Virus record (IMG/VR): IMGVR_UViG_3300021420_000016
Location: 32,001 to 96,000 of that record
Reading direction: 5' to 3' (one strand)
DNA length: 64,000 nt
Source of the DNA: a virus
The position numbers were made by a program, and so were the translations under genes. Below are positions 1 to 11,400 of this stretch, piece by piece (position 1 is the stretch's first letter; every line of letters begins with the position of its first letter). Below the pieces are notes generated by a model. It saw nothing but the letters and a program-made list of their open reading frames with translations, did not search any database and was not told the DNA's origin.

Positions 1-1704
1 ATCGCCGAACAACAGATCACCAACCTCAAAACCGGCCTCGGGGCGATGGCTGCGCCCGCCGGGGTGATCGGCGCAGATATGGAAGCCATCGGCGTCCAAT
101 CCCAGCTTGCCTCCTCCAAGGTGGGCCAAGTCAACCAGGCCATGGATGCCTTCATTGCTGGCACCACCGGCGGCATGAACTCGGTCATGCAGTTCAATGC
201 CGGGCTGCAGGCGATGGGCAAGGACACGGTGGCCGGCAGCCAGAGCATCAGCGGAGCGATTAACACCATTTCCAAGAGTGCCGCGGCAATGGGCTACACT
301 CTGCAGGGGTTCGGCCCGAAAGCACAGCAAAGCTGGCAGCAGTTCGACGGCGCCGTCCAGCAGGGCAATACGGTCCTGGACACGATGCGCACCGGCATGG
401 CTGAGAATGTCGTGTCCTGGGGGCAGTACAACAACGAGGTCAAGGCAGTCGGCGGTTCGCTGCTGCCGTTCGCGGCTCACAACAAGGCGGCGCTGTCCAT
501 CGTGTCGCAGTTCGCTCAGGAAATAGGCGACCCGGCCACGCATAATCTCAGGACCCTTGCTTCTGACTTCGGGATTACCGGTAAGGCCGCCCAGAATATG
601 GCCACCGTGGGTATGGAGCAGGCCATTGCCAAAATGGCCAACCTGTCCCAGGTCGCCCGGAATCTGTCGGCTACTGTGTCGAGCCAGCTCACCGGGGCCA
701 TGGCCAGTGCGATCACCAAGTTCAGCGGGATGAACTCGGCGGTCAACAAGTACGCCCAGGATTTGGGCAACGCTAATACCCCGTCCTCGATTCTGCATGC
801 TGATCTGCAGAAAATTAGCGACGCTGCCAGCAACGAGTACCGCATGATTTCCGACGCTTCCCGGGGCATCAGCGACGCCACCAAGAACACCGATCTGATG
901 AAGGGCGCCGCAGAGGGCGCCGCCGGGGCCATCAAGGGCGCCGGCGACTCCGTGGACAGCTTCACCGGGAAACTCCAGAACACCCACGCCGCCCTGGGCG
1001 ACGTGGTCGCCCGGGCCGGGGAGGCAGCGAACGCCACCCAGGGGTTGTCGTCGCAGACCCGGACTGCGGCGACCTCGGCCAGCGGGCTTTCCACGCAGAC
1101 CGGCCAGGCGACCACGCAGGTCCGGAACCTGGGGTCGGCGGCAAGTGTCACGCAGGCCCACGTCGGCGACGTCAACAACGAAATCCGCACCGCCGCGACC
1201 GCGGCCGGCAACGCCCAGGGGCCACTGGGGGGCATGACCGGGCAGATCCGCAACGTCGGGTCGGCGGCGTCCACCGCCGCCGGTGAGGTGCACGCCCTGG
1301 CGACGGCGATGGCCGGGCTGCAGTCCAAGACGGTCACGCTGACCACGAACATGGTCACGGTCACCTCGACCATTCACCGCCAGCACGGCGGCCCCGTCTT
1401 CCCCGGCGTCCCCTACACCGTCGGCGAGGCGGGGGAGGAGCTGTTCGTTCCCAGCCAGGCGGGGGTCATCCTGCCGCACGACCAGACGGCGCAACTGATC
1501 GGCGCGCCGCAGGCCGCCGCGGGGCCGCCGGCGGGCGGGTTCGGGAACCAGGGCACTTCCGAGGTGCATTCCCATATCAGCGTGAACCTGGATGGCCGGC
1601 AGCTCTGGAAGGGCATCCAGACGCAGATGCTCCAGTGGCAGATTCGCAATTCCGGCCGCGCTACGGGCCTGACGGTCCCACAGCCCCCGGGGAAGCTCAC
1701 CTAG
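1..1704 (+). CDS. tape measure protein, C-terminal part (runs in from window start)
   Basis: Long Ala/Gly-rich helical ORF with C-terminal RQHGGPV..YTVGEAGEELFVP motif typical of tape measure ends; followed by tail genes. Confidence 0.8.
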   Translation: MAEQQITNLKTGLGAMAAPAGVIGADMEAIGVQSQLASSKVGQVNQAMDAFIAGTTGGMNSVMQFNAGLQAMGKDTVAGSQSISGAINTISKSAAAMGYTLQGFGPKAQQSWQQFDGAVQQGNTVLDTMRTGMAENVVSWGQYNNEVKAVGGSLLPFAAHNKAALSIVSQFAQEIGDPATHNLRTLASDFGITGKAAQNMATVGMEQAIAKMANLSQVARNLSATVSSQLTGAMASAITKFSGMNSAVNKYAQDLGNANTPSSILHADLQKISDAASNEYRMISDASRGISDATKNTDLMKGAAEGAAGAIKGAGDSVDSFTGKLQNTHAALGDVVARAGEAANATQGLSSQTRTAATSASGLSTQTGQATTQVRNLGSAASVTQAHVGDVNNEIRTAATAAGNAQGPLGGMTGQIRNVGSAASTAAGEVHALATAMAGLQSKTVTLTTNMVTVTSTIHRQHGGPVFPGVPYTVGEAGEELFVPSQAGVILPHDQTAQLIGAPQAAAGPPAGGFGNQGTSEVHSHISVNLDGRQLWKGIQTQMLQWQIRNSGRATGLTVPQPPGKLT

Positions 1705-1760
1705 CAGCCGCCCGGTAACACCAGCACCCCCCCCTTTTCGGAGCACGCGGGAGGCACTTC

Positions 1761-2606
1761 TTGGCGGCCATCGAGGTTTATCAAGATATTCCGCAGACCC
1801 AGGTCAACTCGGGCGGTACCGACGCGCCCGCGCCGGGGACCTCGGAGTCGTGGACGGTGGCCTCGTCGGGGTCGTTCCCACCGGCGTCGTCGGGCGCCGC
1901 CCAGCCGACCCAGTTTCACGTCTCCGACCCGGCTCTCGCATCAGAGATCGTCCTGGTGACGAACATTTCCGGGCTGACCTGGACGGTGACCCGCGGCGCG
2001 GAAGGCACCACCCCGGTGGCGCACGCGGCCGGGTTCACGATCAAGCAGGTGGTCACGGCGGGTGGCCTGGGCCTGGCGGGGACTGGGCAGAACCAGTGGA
2101 CCGCGCCGGATGGCGTTGTGGCCGAGACGTTTCCGCGGATCTTCTCCGCCGGGTCGCAGGCGCTCACCTCGGGCGTCCTGGCGGTGGTGGGGATCTCCCT
2201 GCCGCAGTACCTGACCGTCTCGCAGATCACGATGGCGACGAAGGGCACGGCGGCTTCCGGCGTGACCAACGGGTGGTACGCGATCTGCGACTCGGGGCTC
2301 GTGGTGCGCGGCGCGACGGGAAACCAGACGGGCTGGGGGTCCACGAACACCGCTTACACCTACAACCTCGGCACGGCGTACACGACGACCTACACGGGCT
2401 TGTACTACATCGGGGTCAACATCACCGCAGGGACGGCGCCGACGCTGCTGACCTGCACGCCGATGGGCTCGGCGCTGGTAGGTGTGGCGCCGACGCTGTG
2501 CGGAACGGTGTCCACCGGGTATTCGGCGACGCCACCCGCGGCGACCACGGCGCTGTCCGGGCTGACCGCGAACATCAACTTCACCATGTACGCAGGCCTG
2601 TCCTAA
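1761..2606 (+). CDS. minor tail/virion protein
   Basis: TTG start after GGAGG; WTVTRGAEGT motif; beta-rich C-terminal domain similar to that of 6776..8467. Confidence 0.65.
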   Translation: MAAIEVYQDIPQTQVNSGGTDAPAPGTSESWTVASSGSFPPASSGAAQPTQFHVSDPALASEIVLVTNISGLTWTVTRGAEGTTPVAHAAGFTIKQVVTAGGLGLAGTGQNQWTAPDGVVAETFPRIFSAGSQALTSGVLAVVGISLPQYLTVSQITMATKGTAASGVTNGWYAICDSGLVVRGATGNQTGWGSTNTAYTYNLGTAYTTTYTGLYYIGVNITAGTAPTLLTCTPMGSALVGVAPTLCGTVSTGYSATPPAATTALSGLTANINFTMYAGLS

Positions 2607-2627
2607 AGCCTAGGAAGGCGCTGAGGC

Positions 2628-5600
2628 ATGGCGGCGAAGGCTGGGCCGGTCGGGGCGTACGCCGATTACACCAACGGCGTCTGGCCCGGCACTGTCACCA
2701 ACCAGCCGCAGGCGTGGGCCCTGTGGGAATCGCAGACAGGCACCACCGCCCAAGCGTGCAAGATCTTCTACTACAACCTTTCGCAGTTCCCCACTGCGAT
2801 GGACTCCCAGACCAGCACCGCCGCCAGCCTGGGCATCAAGGCCGTCGTCTGCGTCAAGCCGAATTACGCCTCCACCTCGACCATGGCCACTGACCTGGTG
2901 TCGTTTACCGCGATGGTCCAGATGTTCAAGTCCAACGGGCTGAGCGGGTACATCGTGCTGTGGCAGGAGCCGCAGAACCTCGGCAAGACGCCGACCAACC
3001 CGACCGGCCCGGAGTTTCAGGCCCTGTTCCGGTATGACCCGAACGGGACCGGGATCGGCGGCTACCATGCCGCGGCGAACCAGTACGGGTTCCAGCTGGT
3101 CTATGACGCCGCCTCGCACAGCCCCGGCGAATGGTCGACCTTCTACCCGGGCGCGCAGTTTTTGGACGCCATCGCCGTCGACTACTACTGCGACACCTAC
3201 CTGGGCGGCATCCGGATCGACGGCACCGGGTCCATCATGGATCTTGCCGACAACGGCTACTACTACCATCCCAGCGGCAACGTGCCTGCGCCGCCGATAC
3301 CGTTCGGGATTTTTGAGACCGGCGTCACCGCCGGGGGCACGTCCTCGCAGCCGACCCAGGCGCAGATGGCCGCCTACCTGGGGTATCTGAGCCAGATCAT
3401 GGGCTGGAACCCGGCGGCGGCCGGGCTGAACGCGGGACGGCTGAACCGGGGCCTGGCCAACGCCCCGGTCATGTGGTACAACGGCCAGGCCAGCCAGACC
3501 CTCAACCAGATCGTCCCGCTGGCGACAGCCACCTACACCCACGCTTCCTACTGCGTCGACACCGGCTACCCGGCGCTGTGGACTGCGCTCCAGCCGCAGT
3601 CGGCGGGCTACACCACCCCCGCGGTTCCCGGCCTCGCCGCGCCCGGCACGTTCACCCCCGGCCTTGAGGGCACGTACCAGCCGCTGGAACCGCTGTACAC
3701 CACGGCGATCCCCGGGATGGCGCAGCCCGCCACGTTCTCGCCCGGCGACCCGGGCAACCAGTCGCTGCCGCCGCCGCCGCCCATCGTCGCGCTCACTCCC
3801 GCCGTGGCTGGCCAGGCGTCGCCCGGCACGTTCACCCCCGGCGACCCCGGGGCGGCGATCCCCGGGCCCGTGGACGATCCGTACGTCGTCCAGCAGGTGA
3901 CGGCCTCCTTCACCTACAACTACGGGTGGAGCAGCACCGAGTTCTCCGGCAACGCTCCCGGCAACATGCTGGTGGTGATCGCCGCCTGGGACTTGAACGC
4001 CACCGGCACCACCGCGCCGATGCCCGCCGCCTACGTGGTCGACTCGAACCTGAACTATTGGTGGCACGCCGGCACCACCAGTTCCGATAACACCGGGTCA
4101 CGGTGTGCGATCTGGGTGGCGCCGAACGCGCAGGCCGTGGACTGGGTGTCGTGTTCGCTGACCACGTTCTCCTCCTCCCTCGTCTACACGATCCTTGAGG
4201 TCGGCAACGCGCCGCAGTTCTTCACCATCGACATCTCCGAGACCGACTCCGACACCGGGAACATCACCTTGTCCGCGGACCCGGGGCTGACCGGAGCCGC
4301 GGACATCGGGTTCACTATGCTGGCGGCCGGGTCCACCACCACCACCCTCACCGGGCCCCCCGCCGGGTGGACGGCACTGACACAGGTGCAGGCGGGCGCG
4401 GGGCAGCCGAACGGGATCACCCTGTGGCCGTTCTGGAACCCGGTCGTGGTGGCGGGCACCGACCTGGATGCGTCCTACACGGTGTCGTCGTCGGCTCCGC
4501 TGTCGGCGGTCACGGTGGCGATCGAGGCCAGCCCGTACCCGCCGCGGCAAAACAACCCGAACCTGCCCGTGATCCGGGTGGAGGCTGCGTTCGGGTTCCT
4601 GCCCGGCGACCCGTCCCAGTCGCCGCCATCGTGGACCGACATCACTAACAGGTGTGCAGCCAAGGATGGCACCCCGTTCATCGCGCCGTCGCTGGGCAAG
4701 GCATACGAACTGGCCACCCCCGAGACTGGGGAACTGCTCATTTCCTGCGACAACCACGACGGCGCTTTTACCCCGGGGAACGGCAACAGTCCTTATGGCG
4801 TGCCGGGTGTGGGCGTGGTGCTCGGCACGCCCATCCGGGTGAGCGCATTCTGGGACGGGTCCTGGTACAACATCGCCTACGGGTATGTTGAAAGATGGCC
4901 GCAGGAATGGCCGGACATGCCGCAATGGGGCATGTCCGCAATGATCGCCGCCGATGCTTTCTCCGCGCTCGCGGCCGCCGTGTCGTATTCGGCACTTAAT
5001 GGGGACCTGCTGATCGATTCGCCTTATGTGCTAATCCCCTGCTACGAGCAGTACACCACCCAGGCCAATTCGATCAACGTGGTATTCACGGCATCGGAAT
5101 GCCAGGGGCTGCTGGCAGCGAACATTTCCAGGTTCAACCAGCGGCCCGGAACCTACGTGGATGGCAGCGGCGCGGGCGGCGTGGTCAACCCGTGCGCCAC
5201 CGGCCAGTCCACCACACTGCTCGGGTCACAGGACACCGGATTCGGCTGCTCGTCGTTCACGCCGCCACTAACGCTGACCTCCTCAGGCCCGGGGATGATC
5301 TACTGGGACCCGGCGCTGCCCTCGCCGCTGTCCCCGGCGGGACTGACGGTGGAATTCTGGCTGACCATCTCCGCCATCTCCTCGGGCCCGAACACGCAGC
5401 CGACGGTGTTCACCGCGTTCTCCTCGGCGTCCAACTACCAGACGTCGCACCCGAGCCTGCAAATCCAGGTGCAGAACTACACCGGCAACAACATCATCGT
5501 GGTCACGTTCGCCGACGGCACAACAATGCAGGCGCCGTTCTCGCCTAGCCCGAACCCGCAGCAGGTGGCGCTGGTCTTCTCCCCGTCCACGGTGTCCCTG

Positions 5601-6611
5601 TACACCAACGGCGCGCTGGCCCAGTCCCAGGCGCTGTCGGCCGCGCAGGCGGGCAACTGGGCCGCCTGCATGCTGGGCTGCGGAAACTATGCGTATCACA
5701 ACGGCACCCTCGTCGGCGGCGTGTTCACTGCCAATAACCTGGCCATCTACCCCTACCAGGTGCCCCTGCAGCGGATCGTGTCGCACTACGTCACGGGCGT
5801 GAGCGGGCAGCAGGGCGTCGACGCGACCACCCGGATCGCCCAGATGCTCGCCTGGTCGGCGCTGGGCGTCCCCCGCGGCGGGCAGGTCACGTTCAACGGG
5901 GTGCCGGCCCCGGTGCAGCAGGGCCCCGCGTACTCACTGTCCGGGACCAGTGTGTCCGACGGGATCAACCAGGTCGCCACCAACGAACTGGGCATGGCGT
6001 TCGCCTCCCCGGACGGCACGCTGCAGTTCATGCACCGCTGGGCCCTGTACAACCAGGTCCCGTCGCTGGTGTTCGGCGACGACGAATCCCTGGGGGAGAT
6101 CCCCTACCTGCCGGGCCAGAGTTTCGACTATGGAAATACGTATCTATTCAATATCGACCAGGTGACCCAGACGATAGGCCCGACGACGGGCATCACCGTC
6201 ACCAGCGCCGACACCACCAGTGAGGCGGAATACTTCAACCGGTCGATCCTGCAGCTCGGCATCCAGACCATGTCCAATCTGGACGCCTACGACATCGCCA
6301 ACCAGTCCCTGTCGGTCTACTCCCAGCCATTCCTGCGACTGCAGGGCCTGACCGTGGACGCCGCCGCTAACCCTTCGGTGGCGTTCCCCGGGGTGCTGTC
6401 CTTGCAGCAGGGCAACGTGACGACGGTGAACCGGCGGCCGGTCGGCGGCGCGCCGATCAGCGTCAGCGTGCTCGTGCAAAAAGTGACCCACAACATCGGC
6501 CCGGGGATGTGGCAGACCTCTTATGAGATGTCCCCGTACACGCCGCTGAGCGCGGTGCTTCAGCTTGACGCCCCCGGTTACGACGAAATAGGCGGCAACT
6601 CGCTTCCGTAG
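2628..6611 (+). CDS. large minor tail protein: N-terminal GH26-like glycoside hydrolase domain, Pro-rich repeats, hub/LamG-like C-terminal region
   Basis: LWQEP, FYPGAQFLDAIAVDYY and FGIFETG motifs; three PG.A.P.TF.PG repeats; WTDIT..DNHDGAFTP tail motif. Confidence 0.65.
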   Translation: MAAKAGPVGAYADYTNGVWPGTVTNQPQAWALWESQTGTTAQACKIFYYNLSQFPTAMDSQTSTAASLGIKAVVCVKPNYASTSTMATDLVSFTAMVQMFKSNGLSGYIVLWQEPQNLGKTPTNPTGPEFQALFRYDPNGTGIGGYHAAANQYGFQLVYDAASHSPGEWSTFYPGAQFLDAIAVDYYCDTYLGGIRIDGTGSIMDLADNGYYYHPSGNVPAPPIPFGIFETGVTAGGTSSQPTQAQMAAYLGYLSQIMGWNPAAAGLNAGRLNRGLANAPVMWYNGQASQTLNQIVPLATATYTHASYCVDTGYPALWTALQPQSAGYTTPAVPGLAAPGTFTPGLEGTYQPLEPLYTTAIPGMAQPATFSPGDPGNQSLPPPPPIVALTPAVAGQASPGTFTPGDPGAAIPGPVDDPYVVQQVTASFTYNYGWSSTEFSGNAPGNMLVVIAAWDLNATGTTAPMPAAYVVDSNLNYWWHAGTTSSDNTGSRCAIWVAPNAQAVDWVSCSLTTFSSSLVYTILEVGNAPQFFTIDISETDSDTGNITLSADPGLTGAADIGFTMLAAGSTTTTLTGPPAGWTALTQVQAGAGQPNGITLWPFWNPVVVAGTDLDASYTVSSSAPLSAVTVAIEASPYPPRQNNPNLPVIRVEAAFGFLPGDPSQSPPSWTDITNRCAAKDGTPFIAPSLGKAYELATPETGELLISCDNHDGAFTPGNGNSPYGVPGVGVVLGTPIRVSAFWDGSWYNIAYGYVERWPQEWPDMPQWGMSAMIAADAFSALAAAVSYSALNGDLLIDSPYVLIPCYEQYTTQANSINVVFTASECQGLLAANISRFNQRPGTYVDGSGAGGVVNPCATGQSTTLLGSQDTGFGCSSFTPPLTLTSSGPGMIYWDPALPSPLSPAGLTVEFWLTISAISSGPNTQPTVFTAFSSASNYQTSHPSLQIQVQNYTGNNIIVVTFADGTTMQAPFSPSPNPQQVALVFSPSTVSLYTNGALAQSQALSAAQAGNWAACMLGCGNYAYHNGTLVGGVFTANNLAIYPYQVPLQRIVSHYVTGVSGQQGVDATTRIAQMLAWSALGVPRGGQVTFNGVPAPVQQGPAYSLSGTSVSDGINQVATNELGMAFASPDGTLQFMHRWALYNQVPSLVFGDDESLGEIPYLPGQSFDYGNTYLFNIDQVTQTIGPTTGITVTSADTTSEAEYFNRSILQLGIQTMSNLDAYDIANQSLSVYSQPFLRLQGLTVDAAANPSVAFPGVLSLQQGNVTTVNRRPVGGAPISVSVLVQKVTHNIGPGMWQTSYEMSPYTPLSAVLQLDAPGYDEIGGNSLP

Positions 6612-6775
6612 TCACTCCCGGTGCGGGCACCGCCGCCAGAACAGCAGCCGGCAGCGCCACGTCTTCGGGCGCGACGGCCCGTGCCAGGGGTCTTCCATCC
6701 GCCGGATCACATCGAGAACCGTGGCGTACGGCGGCGGCGCGGGCCGGTCCTCATCGCTCACCACCCCAGCATCCC

Positions 6776-8467
6776 ATGCCGGAAGGGAACGCCCGCGTGC
6801 CCGTAGCCCTCGCGCAGGAAGCAGACGCCGCCTCCTCCTCGGTGACCTTGGGTGCCGGCACTACCGCCGGGAACACGGTGATCGTGGCGGTGGCGTGCCT
6901 GTCCTCCTCGGCCTCGGCCGGGGTCACGGGCGTCACTCTCGGCGGCTCGCCGGACAACTTCACGCTGATCGCCCCCGGCCCCTCGGCGCATGACACCACC
7001 TCGCCGAACGACTACCTGAACGTGTCCGTGTGGGCGGATGCCAACTGCCTTGCTGGCGGCACCGCCATCGTGGTCACCGGTACCGGGGTGCTGGCCACCT
7101 GGGCCTATGAGTTCTCCGGGCTACAGGGCAGCGCTGACGTCGCCAGGGTGCTCGCAGTCAGCACGTACCAGGACTCGTGGCTGGCATCCACGGCGCCGAC
7201 CACGGTCCCGGCGGAGGCATGGATCGCCGTCGCCGGCGCGGCCAACCAGACCGCCACGCCCACCCCAAGCATCACCGCCGGGAACGGATGGACGGCAGAG
7301 ACCGCTTACAACGGGACGTCGGGTTCCTACGACTGGGCTGGCGTGTCCGCGTACCAGACGGTTAACACGGTAGGGACGCCGGTCTTCAACGGGAACCATG
7401 CACAGCCGTCGCTCTCTGTCGTCGCGATCGTCACCCTCGGCGCCGGGGCGCCGCCTGTCGCATCGGCGGCGATAGCCCCTCTTACCGGAAACGTGACCGT
7501 CCGCCAAGGTGGCCTGAGTGTGCACGGCAATGTCGCCGCTGGCGGCGTGGTCACTCAGGGCGGCACGCCGGTGAATCTTATCCCGGTCGGCCCGAAGACG
7601 GGGAACTACACCGCCAAGCCGGGCGATTTCGTGCTGACGAACTATGGCGCAGGTCTTCCTGCACTGCCGGTGATCACCCTGCCCGCCGCGCCGCCGAACG
7701 GGGCGCTGATTGGCGTCAAACTGCTCACCAATCCCGCTGGGCTGCTGACCGTGCAGGCGTCCGGCGCCGACGTGATCGACGCCGTCCCCGCCGCCACCAC
7801 GCAGATCAATCCCACCGGCACCGGCACCGTGTTCGTCCTTCAGTACCAGACTTCCACCGCCACCTGGTACACCCAGTCCACCGGCACCCAGTTGCCGCCG
7901 CCGCCGGCGATGAACTCACCACAGCCCAGCGACCTTGGCTATGTCACCTGGGCGTACGACCCGGCGGTGATGAACGGTACGCTCACCGGCGTCGCACTTC
8001 CGTCGTCGGGGAACGTGACCCTGGTCAGGTGCCCAGTGCGGGCCACCATGAACATCTCCACTATCGAGGTCTATGCCACCGCCAGCGGCAGCAGTCTCAC
8101 CTCGGGTGAGAACTTCGCTGGCGTCTACACCTCCGCAGGCGCCCTGTTGTGCGCCACGGCAGACCAGACCTCCAACTGGACGGCCAGTGGTGCGCCGGTA
8201 ACCGCCAGCCCGGTCGGCGCCCCCTTCGCCGTCAATCCGCCGTGGGTGTGGGCGGCGTTCCTGTGCAATGGCAGCACCGGGCCGTCCTTCGCCGCCACCG
8301 CGAATGTGTCCGCCGCCTGGGCGAACGGGCATCCGAGCAGCGGCCGGGGATACCGGTACGCCCAGCTCGTCGGCACGTTCACCAGCCTGCCGTCCTCGTT
8401 CGCCCTGATCGGCGGCGCCGGTGGTTACGGTACCGCCGCCACCCAGTACTGGACGGCCCTGTACTGA
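6776..8467 (+). CDS. tail fibre/minor tail protein
   Basis: Thr/Ala/Gly-rich; KTGNYTAKPGDFV..ITLPAAP module shared with 12373..14019. Confidence 0.65.
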   Translation: MPEGNARVPVALAQEADAASSSVTLGAGTTAGNTVIVAVACLSSSASAGVTGVTLGGSPDNFTLIAPGPSAHDTTSPNDYLNVSVWADANCLAGGTAIVVTGTGVLATWAYEFSGLQGSADVARVLAVSTYQDSWLASTAPTTVPAEAWIAVAGAANQTATPTPSITAGNGWTAETAYNGTSGSYDWAGVSAYQTVNTVGTPVFNGNHAQPSLSVVAIVTLGAGAPPVASAAIAPLTGNVTVRQGGLSVHGNVAAGGVVTQGGTPVNLIPVGPKTGNYTAKPGDFVLTNYGAGLPALPVITLPAAPPNGALIGVKLLTNPAGLLTVQASGADVIDAVPAATTQINPTGTGTVFVLQYQTSTATWYTQSTGTQLPPPPAMNSPQPSDLGYVTWAYDPAVMNGTLTGVALPSSGNVTLVRCPVRATMNISTIEVYATASGSSLTSGENFAGVYTSAGALLCATADQTSNWTASGAPVTASPVGAPFAVNPPWVWAAFLCNGSTGPSFAATANVSAAWANGHPSSGRGYRYAQLVGTFTSLPSSFALIGGAGGYGTAATQYWTALY

Positions 8468-8496
8468 CCACCGCACACCACCCCGGGGGAGGGCTG

Positions 8497-11400
8497 TTGC
8501 CATCTCCCGTGGTGCCGTGGGTTCAATATCAGCCCTTGACCGCCAAGGCCTTGAATATTTCGCTTTACACCTCCGACGGGACGGCGGACAACACGACCGG
8601 GATCAGTTTCGCGACCTGGCGGCCAGCATTGTTCGAGGCCTACAACACCGCACTGACGCTGCACACCTCCTCGGGTGGCAGTCGCAGCACCCTGGCGTCG
8701 ACCGGAAGCCTGACCTCGTGCTGGGTTGTGTTTGACTCGGCCGGTTACTTCGGCCAGACCCAGGATCTCCCGGCGTACGGCTACTACCAGTTCACCCCGG
8801 TCGTGGAAGGGTCCACCGGGGATGGGATCAACGCCGGCGGCTGGTATCTGGTCGCCCACTTCGCCCCGCTGACCTCCACGTCCAGCCAGACCAGCGTCGG
8901 CGCGGACCTTTTGCAGAACGGCGCGTTCCTGTCTGCGGGGACGCGGCAGAAGCCCACCTCGGCGAACCACGGGTGCCCGTTCTTCTTCGACCTGATCAAC
9001 GCCGGCACCAACACCTTCGCCCCCGCCGCGCTCGTGGGCGACTCCTCCAGCGCGAACTGCTCGCTCGTGGTCAACAGCACCGACTCCTCGGGGGAAACGC
9101 CCCGGTCGTATGCGATCTGGGCGGGGATCTCGGCGTCGTCGGCCGGGGAGGCGTCCTGGGACGTCGCCGGGACCTACACCTGGTTCGCGCCGGACGGGGT
9201 CACCGAGGTCACCGTGGCCGAGACCGGCGGCGGCGGCGGTGGTGGCGCGGGGAACTCCTCCTCCGCAATCACGGGCGGTGGTGGCGGTGGCGGGGCCGAG
9301 TTCGCCTCCGGGGTGGTCGCGGTCACCCCCGGCGACCCGTTCCCGGTGACCGTCGGCGCGGGCGGCACGGGCGGCGCCGCGGCGGGCGACAACGGGTCCA
9401 ACGGCGGCGTGTCCACGTTCACCGGGCTGTCCTCGCTCACCGCCCACGGCGGCAGTTTCGGCGCCGGGGCCACCACGGCGGCCTCCGGCGCGGGCGGCGC
9501 GGGCGGCACCGGGTCGGGGGCGAGCACCCACTTCAGCGGCGGCGCGGGAGCTACCGGGTCAAACAACAAGTACGGCGGCGGCGGCGGCTCCTCGGGCGGC
9601 ACCACCTCGAAGGGCAACGCCGCTTCCAGTGCGGCGGCCGCCCCGGCGGTACCCGGCGGTGGCCCCGGTGGCGCTGGCGGGGCGCCGGTGATCTCCGTCG
9701 TGCAGACCGCGCACGGGTCCGCCAACGGCAACGCCCTGACCGTCTCCCTCAAGGGCACCCAGGCCGGGAACACGATCCTGGCGTTCGTCTACTACCAGGC
9801 CACCGGGGGCACTCTGACGGACCCGGTGGTCGCCCTGAACGACGGCACCGCGCTCACCTCCCGGGTGGAAGCCGACGTCACCAGCAACGTCAACTTGCAG
9901 GTCCGCCTGTTCGACGTGTACGCCATCCCCGGCGGCGAAACGTCGATCACCATCACCGGCTCGGGCAGCAGTGACCGGGGCGTCCTCGCCGAGATCTACG
10001 AGGTGTCCGGCCTCGGCGCCAGTCCGGCGTTCGACATCCAGTCCACGCACACGCAGGGGCCCTCGCACCCGGACGTGAACTACCAGTCCTGGTCCGGCAG
10101 CGCGCCGCCATCCACCACCAAGGCCCCCGAGTTGTGGGTGGCGATGACCGGCGGCCAGCAGATCGGGAACTTCACCGTCCAGAACCCGGCGGGCAGTGAG
10201 GGCTGGACAGTGGACAGCCCCCATTACGTCACCACCAGCGGCACCTACAGCAACGTCACCGGCGCGATCCTCACCGCCCACCAGATCAAGACCGCCACTG
10301 GCGCAATCGGGTTCTCCGGCCTGTTCTCCACCGGGGTCACCAAGGGCACCATGGCCGTCTCGTACGTCCCCGGCGCGGCCACCGTCGGCCAGTCCCCGCC
10401 AGTCGGGCCCGGTGGCGGTGGCGGCGGCGGGTACAACCAGAACGCGGGCGCAAACGGTTCCGACGGGCAGGTCACCCTGACGTGGACCACGTCGTCCAAC
10501 TCCAACTACGGCACCGGGAACGTCCCTGCCCCCCTGGCGGCGTGGAACGACACGACCCCCGTGACCGCGGCCCTGCTCAACGGAAACACGGGCGTCGCCG
10601 GCGTCGTCAATTTCCTGGCCAACCCCCCCGTGCTGCGCGCCCACGCCACCACCACCCAGTCCATCGCGAACTCCACCGCGGCCACGGTCGCGCTCGGCGT
10701 GGTGGACACCGACACCTACTCGGGGTGGAACTCCTCCACCAATACCTACACGGTGGCGCAGCCGGGCATCTACCTCGCCGGCGCCCTGGTGCCCTACGCC
10801 GCGAACGGCACCGGGATCCGCACCGCCGGGATCAGCGTCAACGGCACCATCTACTGGGGGCCGCCGTCCAACGGTGGCTCGGCGGACCTGTGCAGCGTCC
10901 CCAAGACGCAGATGTTCTCCCTCAACATCGGCGACACCGTGCAGCTTGCCACGTGGCAGAACTCCGGCGGGGCGCTCGGCACCGCGACCGCGGCGCAGGC
11001 CCGGATGTTCCTGGTGTGGCTGTGCGCCCAAGGTGCTCCGGCGACCGTCCCCGGCGCTCCCGATCCGGGGTTCCGGTGGCAGTCCGGCACGCCCGGAGCG
11101 GCACTGCCGGGGCTGATGACCCAGCACCTGTCGCAGGACCTCGGCTTCCTGGTGCAGCGGCCCTACCTGCTCGCCTACCAGTCGGCGGCGCAAAGCGGGC
11201 TCACCCAGAACGCCTTCTCCACCGTCGTGCTGGACCAGGCCAAGGGCATTGTCCACGCCGACGCCGGGGACAACTACGGCGGGTGGACGTCGGGGTCCTC
11301 CAACAACTACGCCGCTGTCGTACCCGGGTGGTATCTGTGCGCGGGCGAGTTCTTCGCCACCGAGTCGGCCGCCTCCGGCGCATCGGTCATCGGTGCCATC

